Assembly (NCBI GenBank): GCA_951406725.2
Contig: OX597827.1
Span: 76,384,001 to 76,448,000, forward strand
Length of the DNA: 64,000 nucleotides
Direction: 5' to 3'
Source of the DNA: Octopus vulgaris
Lineage: Eukaryota
The first letter of the stretch is position 1. Each line of letters opens with the position of its first letter. Shown piece by piece: positions 10,859 through 22,675 of this stretch. Made by a program: the position numbers and the translations under genes. Below the pieces are notes generated by a model that was not told where the DNA came from, searched no databases, and saw only the letters and a program-made list of their open reading frames with translations.

Positions 10859-13192
10859 ATGTATCCGACACAATTTGTATATACAGCTGGAAACCCTTAC
10901 AACCTCAACTCCCAGCCCTTCTACCAAAGTGACCTCCTGATTTCTCCCCCGCCCCACCCTCCCCCTCCCCCTTCCTCATCCGCTTCGTCCCATCAGCTCC
11001 CTCCCAACACCTCCGCTTCCCCATCGTCTGCAAAGACTCATGACTCGCAGTGCGACTCGAACGATGCGTCTGAAAGGAAACAGTTCAAATGTGAAGTCTG
11101 CAAGAAGACCTTCAACCAAAAGATGGACATGATGAGCCACGAGTGTTCGATGGGCGGCTCGGGTTTACTGTCCCTACCCCTTACAGTTCCTGCAATCCCA
11201 CCCCCTCAGGCGATGCTCACCGTACCGATGGTGGGACAGCCGAACCTCCAAAGCGTCAGCGATCCAGCACTACAGAAAAGTCTAGCCAAAGAGAAAACTT
11301 TCTTTTGTTCGTTTTGTAACAAAGCTTTCTCCCAGCAAATTTTTCTCCGCAATCACGAGAGGACACATACGGGGGTCAAACCTTTCACCTGTAACACATG
11401 CGGTAAGGCCTTCAGTCTATTGGTAAACCTGAAAAGCCACCAGCGTGTGCATTCGGGTGAGAAGCCCTTTCACTGTGCCATTTGTTCAAAGTCATTCAGC
11501 CAACAGGGAAACCTAAAGATCCACCTTCGTACACATTCAGGAGAGAAACCGTACAAATGCGACAAGTGTGAGAAATGTTTCAGCCAGAAGACTAACCTGG
11601 ACAGTCACAAGAGGGTGCATACAGGAGACTTGTTTACATGTCAGATCTGTTCTAAAGCTTTCACTCTGGAAATAAATCTTCATAACCACCAGAGGATCCA
11701 TACGGGGGAGAGGCCGTTTGTTTGCACCTATTGCAACCGTCGCTTCTCTCAGCAGAGCGCACTTCGCAACCACGAACGCCTACACACGGGAGTGAAACCA
11801 TACCAGTGCACGTTCTGCTCGAAATCCTTCAGCCAACAGGGGACTCTCAAAGCTCACCTTTGTTCGCACACAGGTGAGAAACGCTTCCACTGCGACCTCT
11901 GTGACCGTTCCTTCTCTCAAAAGACAAACCTCGACAGTCATAAACGCATTCACACCGGCGACCTCTTCAAGTGTTCGACCTGCCCCAAAGCATTTACCCT
12001 CGAGATAAACTTACGCAACCATGAACGAGTGCACACGGGGGAGCGGCCCTTCGCCTGCACGTTTTGCAGCTCGAGATTTTCGCAACAAAGTGCACTAAAC
12101 AACCACGAGCGACTGCACACGGGCGTGAAGCCTTACCACTGCACCTACTGCTCCAAATCATTTAGTCAACAGGGTACGTTAAAGGCCCACCTGTGTTCAC
12201 ATACAGGTGAGAAACGGTTCCACTGTGACCAGTGTGATCGGTCGTTTTCTCAAAAAACTAACCTTGACAGTCATAAGCGGATCCACACGGGGGACTTGTT
12301 CAAGTGCTTAGTTTGTGGAAAAGCCTTCACATTGGAAATCAACTTGCAGAACCACGAACGTATTCACACGGGGATCAAGCCTTACAAATGCACGTATTGC
12401 CCTAAAGCATTTTGTCAGCAGACCGAGCAAAAATCTCACATAAGGACTCACACAGGTGAGAAGCCTTTCAAATGTAGTTATTGTCCGAAAGCATTTAGTC
12501 AGCAGAGCAACCAGAAAATGCACGAACGTATTCACACCGGGGAAAAACCATACAGCTGCGAACAGTGTTCAAAGACGTTCAGCCAGCGTGCAAACCTTGA
12601 AAATCACCGTCGCTTGCATTCGGGAGACCTTTTTAAGTGTTCAATGTGTTCGAAGGCATTTACTCAGCTGGTTAATTTACGGACGCACGAGCGCGTACAC
12701 TCGGGTGAGAAGCCATATCGATGCAACACCTGCAATAAAATGTTCAGTCAGCTTAGTAACTTGCATGCGCACGAACGTGTTCACACGGGCGTGAAGCCGT
12801 TCACCTGTGACTTGTGCTCGAAATCCTTCGCACAACGGACCACGTTGATCAACCACAAGCGCTCGCATGCTGCTAAGGCACACAACGCAAGCCTCATGCT
12901 CGCAGCTAAGCAGTCTGCCGAGAGGGACGCCATGCTGTTGCAGGACAACGGAAGCAGTGTCGCAGGTGGCAGCACCGGTGTGAAGACAACCCCGAGTGGA
13001 GCCAACAACCCCAGGGTTCCGACTGCAGTCAGTGCAACAAACAACTCTGCAGTTAATGCAGGTAATGTGAAGAGCGAGAGTTCGAATCTGAAGTCTGCTA
13101 CTGACTACACTCAGACGATGGCGCACAACCAGAACCAGAACAACCGCCCGTCGAATGCTCACATGACACAACAACAACAACAACAACAGCAG

Positions 13193-13234
<42 letters not shown>

Positions 13235-13558
13235 TCCAACACCTCGTTGTTGATCCCCTCCCCCTCGGTCAGTGGACGGTCAGGACAGTCGTTAATGCCC
13301 GCGTCATCTCCTTCGTCTGTTTCGTCATCGTCAGCAGCCCCTCACACCTCTTCCTCGTGGATGACCTCCATGAACCTCCACGAGATGTCCCAGCGCTGGG
13401 AGGGCAACTACCTCTGGCCCCGCGGCTTTTCTATGACCTCGATGCCCCCTACCACCTGGGCAAACATGCCCAGTGTTTTCCCATGCAGTAGGATTGAGTA
13501 TCCAAGAGGAACCGCCCCCACAAAGGGCCAGACCAGCCACCCCAGCACATCGAAATGA
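10859..13558 (+). CDS. C2H2 zinc-finger protein, 19 tandem fingers plus one degenerate N-terminal finger, Pro/Ser-rich N-terminus, polyQ C-terminal region (899 aa from first ATG)
   Basis: Uninterrupted ORF with CxxC-x12-HxxxH motifs and TGEKP-type linkers. The track start at 10763 is TTG; the first in-frame ATG is 10859. Confidence 0.93.
13169..13234 (+). repeat. CAA/CAG repeat encoding 22 Gln
   Basis: In-frame interrupted CAA/CAG run within the ZNF CDS. Confidence 0.9.
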
Positions 13559-13649
13559 CAGAAACACAGAGACCTGGACCCTACAACATGTGTTTTATAC
13601 AAACAACATCTCAAACACACAAACATGTTTTCAATTGGTTGCTTCTAAT

Positions 13650-15690
13650 ATTATTATTATTATTACTAAGGTGTGGCAAGCTGGCAGACTCGTTAGCACA
13701 CCAGGCTAAATGCTTAGCTGTATTTTGTCTGTCTTTATGTTCTGAGTTCAAATTCCAGCAAGGTTGACTTTGCTTTTCATCCTTTCTGGGGTCGATAAAT
13801 TAAGTACCAGTTGTGTACTGGAGTCGATCTAATCAGCTGGCCCTCTCCCCAAAATTTTGGGCCCTGTGCCTAGAGTAAAAAGATTATTATTATTATTAAG
13901 GTAGCAAGCTGGCAGAATTGTTAGCATGCCGGGCGAAATGCTTAGCAGTATTTTGTCTGTCTTTATGTTCTGAGTTCAAATTCCAGCAAGGTTGACTTTG
14001 CTCTTCATCCTTTCTGGGGTCGATAAATTAAGTACCAGTTGTGTACTGGAGTCGATCTAATCAGCTGGCCCTCTCCCCCAAAATTTTGGGCCCTGTGCCT
14101 AGAGTAAAAAAGATTATTATTATTATTAAGGTAGCAAGCTGGCAGAATTGTTAGCATGCCGGGCGAAATGCTTAGCAGTATTTTGTCTGCTGCTACGTTC
14201 TGAGTTCAAATTCCAGCAAGGTTGACTTTGCCTTTTATCCTTTCGGGGGTCAATAAATTAAGTACCAGTTGTGTACTGGAGTCGATCTAATCAGCTGGCC
14301 CTCTCCCCCAAAATTTTGGGCCCTGTGCCTAGAGTAAAAAGATTATTATTATTATTAAGGTAGCAAGCTGGCAGAATTGTTAGCATGCCGGGCGAAATGC
14401 TTAGCAGTATTTTGTCTGCTGCTACGTTCTGAGTTCAAATTCCAGCAAGGTTGACTTTGCCTTTTATCCTTTCGGGGGTCAATAAATTAAGTACCAGTTG
14501 TGTACTGGAGTCGATCTAATCAGCTGGCCCTCTCCCCCAAAATTTTGGGCCCTGTGCCTAGAGTAAAAAAGATTATTATTATTATTAAGGTAGCAAGCTG
14601 GCAGAATTGTTAGCATGCCGGGCGAAATGCTTAGCAGTATTTTGTCTGCTGCTACGTTCTGAGTTCAAATTGCAGCAAGGTTGACTTTGCCTTTTATCCT
14701 TTCGGGGGTCAATAAATTAAGTACCAGTTGTGTACTGGAGTTGATCTAATCAGCTGGCCCTCTCCCCCAAAATTTTGGGCCCTGTGCCTAGAGTAAAAAA
14801 GATTATTATTATTATTAAGGTAGCAAGCTGGCAGAATTGTTAGCATGCCGGGCGAAATGCTTAGCAGTATTTTGTCTGCTGCTACGTTCTGAGTTCAAAT
14901 TCCAGCAAGGTTGACTTTGCCTTTTATCCTTTCGGGGGTCAATAAATTAAGTACCAGTTGTGTACTGGAGTCGATCTAATCAGCTGGCCCTCTCCCCCAA
15001 AATTTTGGGCCCTGTGCCTAGAGTAAAAAAGATTATTATTATTATTAAGGTAGCAAGCTGGCAGAATTGTTAGCATGCCGGGCGAAATGCTTAGCAGTAT
15101 TTTGTCTGCTGCTACGTTCTGAGTTCAAATTCCAGCAAGGTTGACTTTGCCTTTTATCCTTTCGGGGGTCAATAAATTAAGTACCAGTTGCATACTGGAG
15201 TCAATCTAATTGACTGGCCCCTCTCCCCCAAAATTTTGGGCCCTGTGCCTAGAGTAGAAAAGATTATTATTATTATTAAGGTAGCAAGCTGGCAGAATCG
15301 TTAGCACACCGGGCGAAATGCTTAGCAGTATTTTGTCTGCCGCTACGTTCTGAGTTCAAATTCCGCCGAGGTCGACTTTGCCTTTCATCCTTTCAGGGTC
15401 GATTAAATAAGTACCAGTTACGTACTGGGGTCGGTATAATCGACTTAATCCGTTTGTCTGTCCTTGTTTGTCCTCTCTGTGTTTAGCCCCTTGTGGGTAG
15501 TAAAGAAATAGGTATTTTGTCTGCCACTGCATTCTGAGTTCAAATTCCACCAAAGTCGACTTTGTCTTTCACTCTTTCGGGGTTGATGAAATAAATACCA
15601 GTTATGCACTGGGGTCAGTGTAATTGACTAGCCCCCTTCTCCCCCCAAAATTTTCAAAGCCTCTTGCCTAGAATAGAAATAATAATTATT
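13650..15690 (+). repeat. Head-to-tail tandem array of SINE family A: seven ~230-bp units, one unit with an alternative tail, and one headless unit
   Basis: Unit heads at about 13670, 13900, 14130, 14359, 14589, 14819, 15049 and 15280, each preceded by (ATT)n and each with A- and B-box motifs. Confidence 0.92.
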
Positions 15691-16334
15691 GTTAATGTCT
15701 GGCTGTTTACATTCTGAATTGAAATTTGTTTGGGGGTCAAGTTTGCTTTTTATCATTTGGAGGTCAAAAAATAAAATAAAATAAACTACCAGTTAGATAC
15801 TGGAGTCACTTCAGTCAACTAACCCCCCCACCCTTCCCCCCTTGTTGGCCTTGTGCCAAAATTTGAAACCAAGTGCTACTCAAGTTCCAGGGTTGATGTT
15901 ATCAGCTTTTCCCTTCCCCTCCAAATCCTGGCCTTGTGCCAAAATTAGAAACAATTATTAGTATTAGTAGTATTACTATTGCTGTTGTTGTTGTTATTGT
16001 TCCCTCACCCCCACCCTTCCCCAGTAAATTTTGCCTTTCATTCTGACAGAACTCATAAAATAAGTAGAACTGAAGTCTTGGGGAGGGCGGGGGGAGGTCA
16101 GTGCGATAAATACCAGTCACATATTTGGGTCTGTTGAATCAGATCGATCCTTTTCTTTCTAACTTTGTGGCCTTGTGTCGATGTTAGCAAATTCTGATGT
16201 AATTGACTATTCCCCTCCCCTCAAAAGACGTTGGCCTTGCGTCAAAATTAAGACAGAATTATTACTTTTGAAGGTAACAGAAATATTATCATCATCATCA
16301 TCATCATCATTATTATTACATCTATCAAAGAGAA

Positions 16335-16555
16335 TAATCATCGTCATCATCATCATCATCTTCGTTTAGCATCCACTTTCCATGCTAGCATGGGTTGGAC
16401 GGTTCACCTGGGGTCTGGGAAGCCAGAAGGCTGCACCAGGCCCAGTCTGATCTGGCAGTGTTTCTACAGCTGGATGCCCTTCCTAACACCAACCACTCCG
16501 TGAGTGTAGTGGGTGCTTTTTACGTGCCACCGGCACGGGTGCCAGGCGAGGCTAG
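16335..16555 (-). mobile_element. Family C repeat
   Basis: catcatc...ccatgctagcatgggttggacgg...ggatgcccttcctaac. Confidence 0.7.
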
Positions 16556-16659
16556 TAATATTTTACCTCACAAAAGTATATAGACATTATGAAGAGTGTA
16601 ATGCGATTGCAGCGGATATTTCAAACCAATAAACTATCTGTTGCAATCACACCGTGTTA

Positions 16660-16705
<46 letters not shown>

Positions 16706-18390
16706 TCCTTTCTACTAACGGCACAAGGCCTGAAATTTTTTGGGGCGATGGGACTAGTCGATTGCATTGACTCCGATATTCAGCTGGTACTTATTTTATC
16801 AACCTTGAAAGAATAAAAAACAAAGTCGACCTCGGTGGAATTTGAACTCAGCTTCTGAGCATTTTGCCTGGCAAGCTAGCAGTTCTGCCAACTCATTGCT
16901 TTACCAGTGATAATAGTATTTTCTACGATGTATTCTCATTCTAAAATATTGGTAATGTTCCCCTGTTTATGTAAGAAGTCGTTTAAAAACCCTGTCATTT
17001 ATCACTGGCAAAGTTTATCTTGGAGTCCAAATCTCTCCCAGGTCAATTTTGCTTTTTATTTTTTTTGGAAGTTGATAAACTAGTGTCAGGCCAATACCGG
17101 GGGGGGGGGGGTCAATTTAATCTACAAATTTTGCTTGAATACATAAGCTTTTGGATTTGACTGTTGAATGCATGTGACCACTAAGCATTTTGTTTGACGC
17201 ACCAACAACTCGGCCAGCTCAGCTTTTTTTTTTTTTGTTTCTGATTAGGTAGGAGGGCAGCAACTTTGGGGAACTGGCAGAATTGTTAGCACACCGGGTA
17301 AAATGCTTAGCGGCATTTTGTCTATCTTTCTGTTCTGAGTTCAAACTCCACCAAGGTCGACTTTGCCTTTCATCCTTATGGGGTCGATAAAGTAAGTACC
17401 AGTTGAACACTGGGGTCGATATCATTGTTACGGGGTCGATAAAATAAGTACCAGTTGAACACTGGAGTCAATGTCATTGTTATGGGGTCGATAAAGTAAG
17501 TACCAGTTGAACACTGGGGTCGATGTAATTGGTTTACCCTGTTTCTCCAAAATTGCTGGCCTTGCGCTAAAATATGAAACCAATATTACATGATTCCAGT
17601 ACTTGACTGGTACTTTATTTTATTGGCCCTTAAAGAAGGACCCTTGTCAGGAAATGAACTCGGAACATAAAGAGTTTGGAAAAAATACTGCTGAACATTT
17701 TGACCCCATGTGCTAAGGATTCTACCAGATCACCATTTTAAAGATTATGCTAATCCCTAGGCACGAGGCTTGACATTTTCGGGGAGGTGGATAGTCAGTG
17801 ACATCGACCCCATTGCTCGGTTAGTGCTTATTCTGTTGATCCACAAAAGATGAAAGGCATAGTTGACCTCAGTGGAATGGGAGGTCGAAACTTAAACTTG
17901 GACAAAATGCTATTTTTTACTGCATGCTCTAAGCTGGCTGCATTTATAATAATAATAATGATAATAATAATAATAATAATAATGGTTTCAAATTTTGCTA
18001 CGAGGGCAGCAAATTTGTGGGAAGGGGGATAGTCGTATATAACGACCCCAGTACTTGACTGGTACTTAATTTATTGACCTGGAAAGGATGAAAGGCAATG
18101 TCGACCCCAGTGGAACTTGAACTCGGAATGTAGTAGCAGATGAAATACCGCTAAGTATTTTGCCTGGCGTGCTAATGATTCTGCCAGCTCGCCATAATAA
18201 TAATAATAATAATAATAATTAATAATAATAATAATTCTTTCTAATTTTGGCACAAGGCCAGCAAAATTTTGGAGAGAAGAGGATAGTTGACTGTATCAAC
18301 TGCAGTGCTTGATTGGTTCTTTTGGTTGATGGCAAAAGGATTGAAAGGCCAAGTTGACCTTGGTGGTATTTGAGCTCAGAAGGACTTTGC
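16660..18390. mobile_element. Cluster of SINE family A copies in both orientations with (AAT)n tails
   Basis: - strand copies at about 16700-16900, 17585-17735, 17755-17880, 17985-18195 and 18235-18385; + strand copy at about 17270-17585. Confidence 0.7.
17380..17525 (+). repeat. 52-bp internal tandem triplication within a SINE A
   Basis: ggggtcgataaa.taagtaccagttgaacactgg starts at 17380, 17432 and 17484. Confidence 0.85.
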
Positions 18391-19529
18391 TAAGCTTTTG
18401 CCATACTCATCATCATCATCATCCTCATCATCACCATTCATCTGTTTTCCCATGTTTGCATGGGGTTGATAGCCAAAGATATATTCTAGTATAAGAACTG
18501 GTCCTTAAAGTTCAGAGGCAGCTGTGTTGGCGCTTGGAGGTTTAACTAATCCTGGATGTACGAATGGTAGACCTGGACATCAACCCAGTTCCGACTCGGA
18601 ACAGTTCTGCTAACCCCCTCCCCCTCCTTTATAATGATTTGTGCTTCATTTTATCAGTCCCGGGAAGATGAAAACTACAGTCACCCTTGGTGGGGTTTGA
18701 ACCCGTAACTTAATTTACCATAGCTAAATATTTTAAACTATTTTGTTTACTGTTCCACCATGACCACCCACCATCACCATAACAATATTAAGTCAATGAG
18801 GAATCTTTTATGTAGTCATGGGTCTGCTAGAAGTAGCAGCCAAATCTTTTTTCAAACTAATGCTTCACTGTCAAGGATACACTGAATTATATGACCCTTG
18901 GTTTGCCATTCCTGAAAGTTTGATGGAGTGGTCATATCTGGAAAGTCTTTTATCATAGGGTTGCTCTGTGGTTTGACCTATTGACCTAGGGTTAAGCAAC
19001 AATGTTTTATTGAAACGGAATTTATTGAAATGAATTCATCGACTTGAAGGTGAGTTTCTTTTGTTGAGGTAACTTGAGCTGATTAACTTGTTTAAGGGGC
19101 TTGTTGATATCCTCAGCAGTGCAATATTGGTTAAAGAGTGAAGGGGTTCATATCCTGTTGCTGGCACTGATTTCTACAACTGGTATTGGGCTTCTGCAGT
19201 CTGCCGGTTCAAATGGTTAAGATGAAGTTGGGAGATTCTGGCCACTGGGCAAGCCAGAATCTCTAGGAAGAAAACCATTGAATGTGCTAACTGGACCCTC
19301 ACCGTCACCGCCACCACCACCACCACCACCGCCACCGCCACCAAAACCACCACCACCGCCACCGCCACCACCACCACCACCACCACCACCACCACCACCA
19401 CCAGTGTAGTTCCTTGTCTTGCTAGAAAGGGGCCTTTCTTATTAAATGTTTCTATTAGTACATTGTTAAAGATGACATGTAAGGGAACAGGAGCATACCT
19501 AGGACAGGAGGGCCAGGGGCAAGATGTCC

Positions 19530-19755
19530 TGCAGAAACGTTGGCACACCGGGTGAAGCTGCTTAGCAGTATTTCATCTGCCGCTACGTTCTGAGTTCAAA
19601 TTCCGCCGAGGTCGACTTTGCCTTTCATCCTTTCGGGGTCGATTAAATAAAAGTACCAGTTACACACTGGGGTTGATGTAATCAACTTAATCCCTTTGTC
19701 TGTCCTTGTATGTCCCCTCTGTGTTTAGCCCCTTGTGGGCAATAAAGAAGTAAGA
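19530..19755 (+). mobile_element. SINE family A copy
   Basis: gcagaaacgttggcac...ctgagttcaaattccgccgaggtcgactttgcctttcatcc...gccccttgtgggcaataaagaa. Confidence 0.8.
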
Positions 19756-19919
19756 TGTCCTCCACCCTTCCCTGGGTAGCATTTTTAATGAGTGGGTGTC
19801 ACTTTTGGGTCTGCTGTATAAGCTTGGAGGCTGGAGGAGAAGTGTGGGGGTCAAAATCAAGGGCTGCCTCTGCCAGGGCAACACACTTTCTAGCTCTGTC
19901 ACTGATAGGAAACGGCATT

Positions 19920-20232
19920 CATATGCACATGTCACGGTATTCATGGTATTGATCAGACTATCAGATGTTGTTATGCATCACTGGTCACAGTGCACTTTGT
20001 ATTATTTTTAGCTTTCAAATGATGCCAACCCAATGGTTTGGCAAGCAGGCCAACTCCCCCCCCCCCATCAGAAGGCTACTCCATCACAGGGTGACCTATT
20101 TAGAGCTGAGTGGACTGGAGCAACAGGAAATGAAAAGTTTTGCTCAAGCATACAATGTGCTGCCTGATCTGGGAATTGAACCCATGGTCTAGAAATTGTC
20201 GGTGCAATACCCTAACCACTAGGCCACACACC
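19920..20232 (-). mobile_element. Further tRNA-headed SINE-like repeat
   Basis: - strand head gtggcctagtggttagg...gggttcaattcc (A and B boxes); a related segment lies at about 36100-36300. Confidence 0.5.
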
Positions 20233-20809
20233 TACACCAACTCATACACACACACCTCACACACACACACACACACACACAACTCATACACACACACCAA
20301 CTCATTTACACACACACCAACTCATACACACAACACACACATACCAACTCATGCACACACACACTCACATACACATATCCGGTGTCATACACACAGACAT
20401 CATAACATAAAACAATGTCTTAGGCAGAAACTCACTTAAATTCTGTCTTTATTTTTCCTTCATCTTTTTCCCCAATATTTTTCTCCAGTTTCTTTTGCCA
20501 TCGGAATTGTTATTGATGCTGTGAACTGGCAGAATCGGTAGAGCGTCATCATTCGACCAAGGTGTTCAGGGTTTTTCTTCTGCCTCTTTGAATTCTCAGT
20601 CGAAATCGTGTCAAGCTCAGCAACTTTGCCTTTCGTCCTTTTAGGGGCCTGATTAAATAAAGTACCAATTAAGTACCAGGTCAATTTAATTGTTGACTGC
20701 CTCCCCCCCTCCCTGCTTCGTGCTTATATTAAAAATTACTACTACTACTACTACTACTACTACCATGACCACCACCAATGGTTCTTGCCAGTGAGGTTGC
20801 TTCTAAAGT

Positions 20810-21145
20810 GTTGCTTGACCTGCAAGAAATGGCAGTTAAGTCTCCCTCAAATCAGATTCAGCCATCTTAGGAAAGAGGAGACATTGTATAATGTAGTCCT
20901 AGATGCACAGAGACAGTTAAAGAGCCTCTATATGATCGCTATACTTGCTAGAAATGGCAACCAAATCTCTTGGAGATCACACCCTGCTGTCTTAAATTAG
21001 GGATCTCCCCTCCCCCCATTAAGTAATGTATTCTTTATAGTAAAGTAGTCCTATGCACTCTTTATATAACAAGGTGGTCATGGCTGGAGAGCTTTTTTGA
21101 TTATATATCTAAATTGATCAAGCTTGAACCTAGGGTTAAACAGTA
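20810..21145 (+). repeat. Dispersed repeat family D (unclassified)
   Basis: Motifs aaatctccctcaaatcacaccct and ggtcatggctggaa...tgacct.gg.ctaaacaa recur at about 18830, 28385, 30375, 37335, 37990, 62010 and 62430, and inverted at about 46950 and 58080. Confidence 0.55.
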
Positions 21146-21459
21146 TTGTTGTGTGAAGGAACAGCAATTCTGTTTGTGTTTAACTTTGTTCAGTAGAGAC
21201 AAAAGTACAACAACAACAACTTCACACACAACACACACAAACACATAAGACAACAACACCACCTTACAGCACACACACACACACACACATGCACAGCCGC
21301 ATGCACACACACCACCACCTACACATACACCAAACAACAACAACAGCCAACTGCAGACCTTCTGAGTCAACACGGCTTCAAATGTTGGCGAAGCACCTCT
21401 CTGTCACCCGTTCAAGGATTGATGGAACAGTTTAACATGGATTGACCTTAAATTAACAG

Positions 21460-21992
21460 TGGTGGTGGCGGCGGCAGTGGTGGTGGTGGTGGCAATCATA
21501 ATATTGGTGATGATGATGATGATGATGGTGATTGTGGTTGCAAAAACATTGAGAGGGTGGTGTTGGTGGTGGTGGTGGTGGTGGTGAAGTTGCTTGTTGA
21601 TGATAACAATAATAATACCATTGATGATGATGATGATTGTGGTGGTGGTGGTGGTAGTAGTGGTTTTTATTGATGATGATGATGGTAGTGGTGATGATGG
21701 TGGTGATGGTAAGATTGTATAGTTATAATATTGATGATGGTGGTGGTGGTGATATTGTTGGTAATGATATTGAAGATGATGGTGGTGGTGGTGATAGTAG
21801 TTCTGATAATAATGATGATGGTAGTGGTGATGATGGTGGTGATGGTAAGGTTCTATAGTAATAATATTGATGATGATGATGATGATGTTGGTGGTGGTGG
21901 TGATATTGTTGGTAATAATATTGAAGATGATGATGGTGGTGGTGGTGATAGTAGTTCTGATGATGATGATGATGATAGTGGTGATGGTGGTT
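21460..21992. repeat. (GGT)n/(GAT)n tract containing a ~135-bp tandem duplication
   Basis: Block ggtagtggtgatgatggtggtgatggtaag...gatagtagttctgat occurs at about 21684 and 21820. Confidence 0.85.
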
Positions 21993-22466
21993 TCTAGGAA
22001 GCTATGCAGCCATCTGTGAGATGCTGGCCAATATTTTTGGAAATTTAATATTTTGTAAACAAAACAATGTTCAGAACGAAAATGGAAAAAAACCCCCCAA
22101 AAAACAAACAAACAAATTTTCAAAAAAAAGAGAAGGTAAAAAAAAAAATATGGAAAAAGAATTTGATCTAAGATTTTCTTCTCAGAAATGTTCAGTTTCT
22201 GAATTTTATTTTTTATTTTTTTAATTTTTATTTTATTATTTTTTTTTTTGATTTTGAAATATTTATTTATTTTAATTCCTAACGCAACACTTGCCTTCCC
22301 CTTCACATTGTGTGCGATGTGACAAAGATGTTCTAGATGGTTCTTAGTGAGTGTGTGTGTGTGTATGTATGTATGGCTGTGTAAATGTATGTGCTTGTGT
22401 AGAATGTGAGGTGTAGCAAATAGTTATTCACAACACAGATGCAGACACACACACTATATATATATA

Positions 22467-22510
<44 letters not shown>

Positions 22511-22675
22511 CACACATTTATACTTATATATTACACACTTATATACATATCTATACACACACACATACTCCTATCTATATGTGTGTTTCTGTGTATGCAC
22601 ACACTTTCTCTGTCTTTTTATCTATCACACACACACACACACACTGGAATGAGTTCAGTCGACTATTATTCCTAG

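Noticed and set aside
11537-13626. Antisense and alternate-frame ORFs overlapping the + strand ZNF
   Set aside because: Shadow ORFs of a GC-balanced coding region with no independent features.
21404-22306. 300-aa - strand ORF
   Set aside because: Low-complexity trinucleotide and A/T tracts with no domain.
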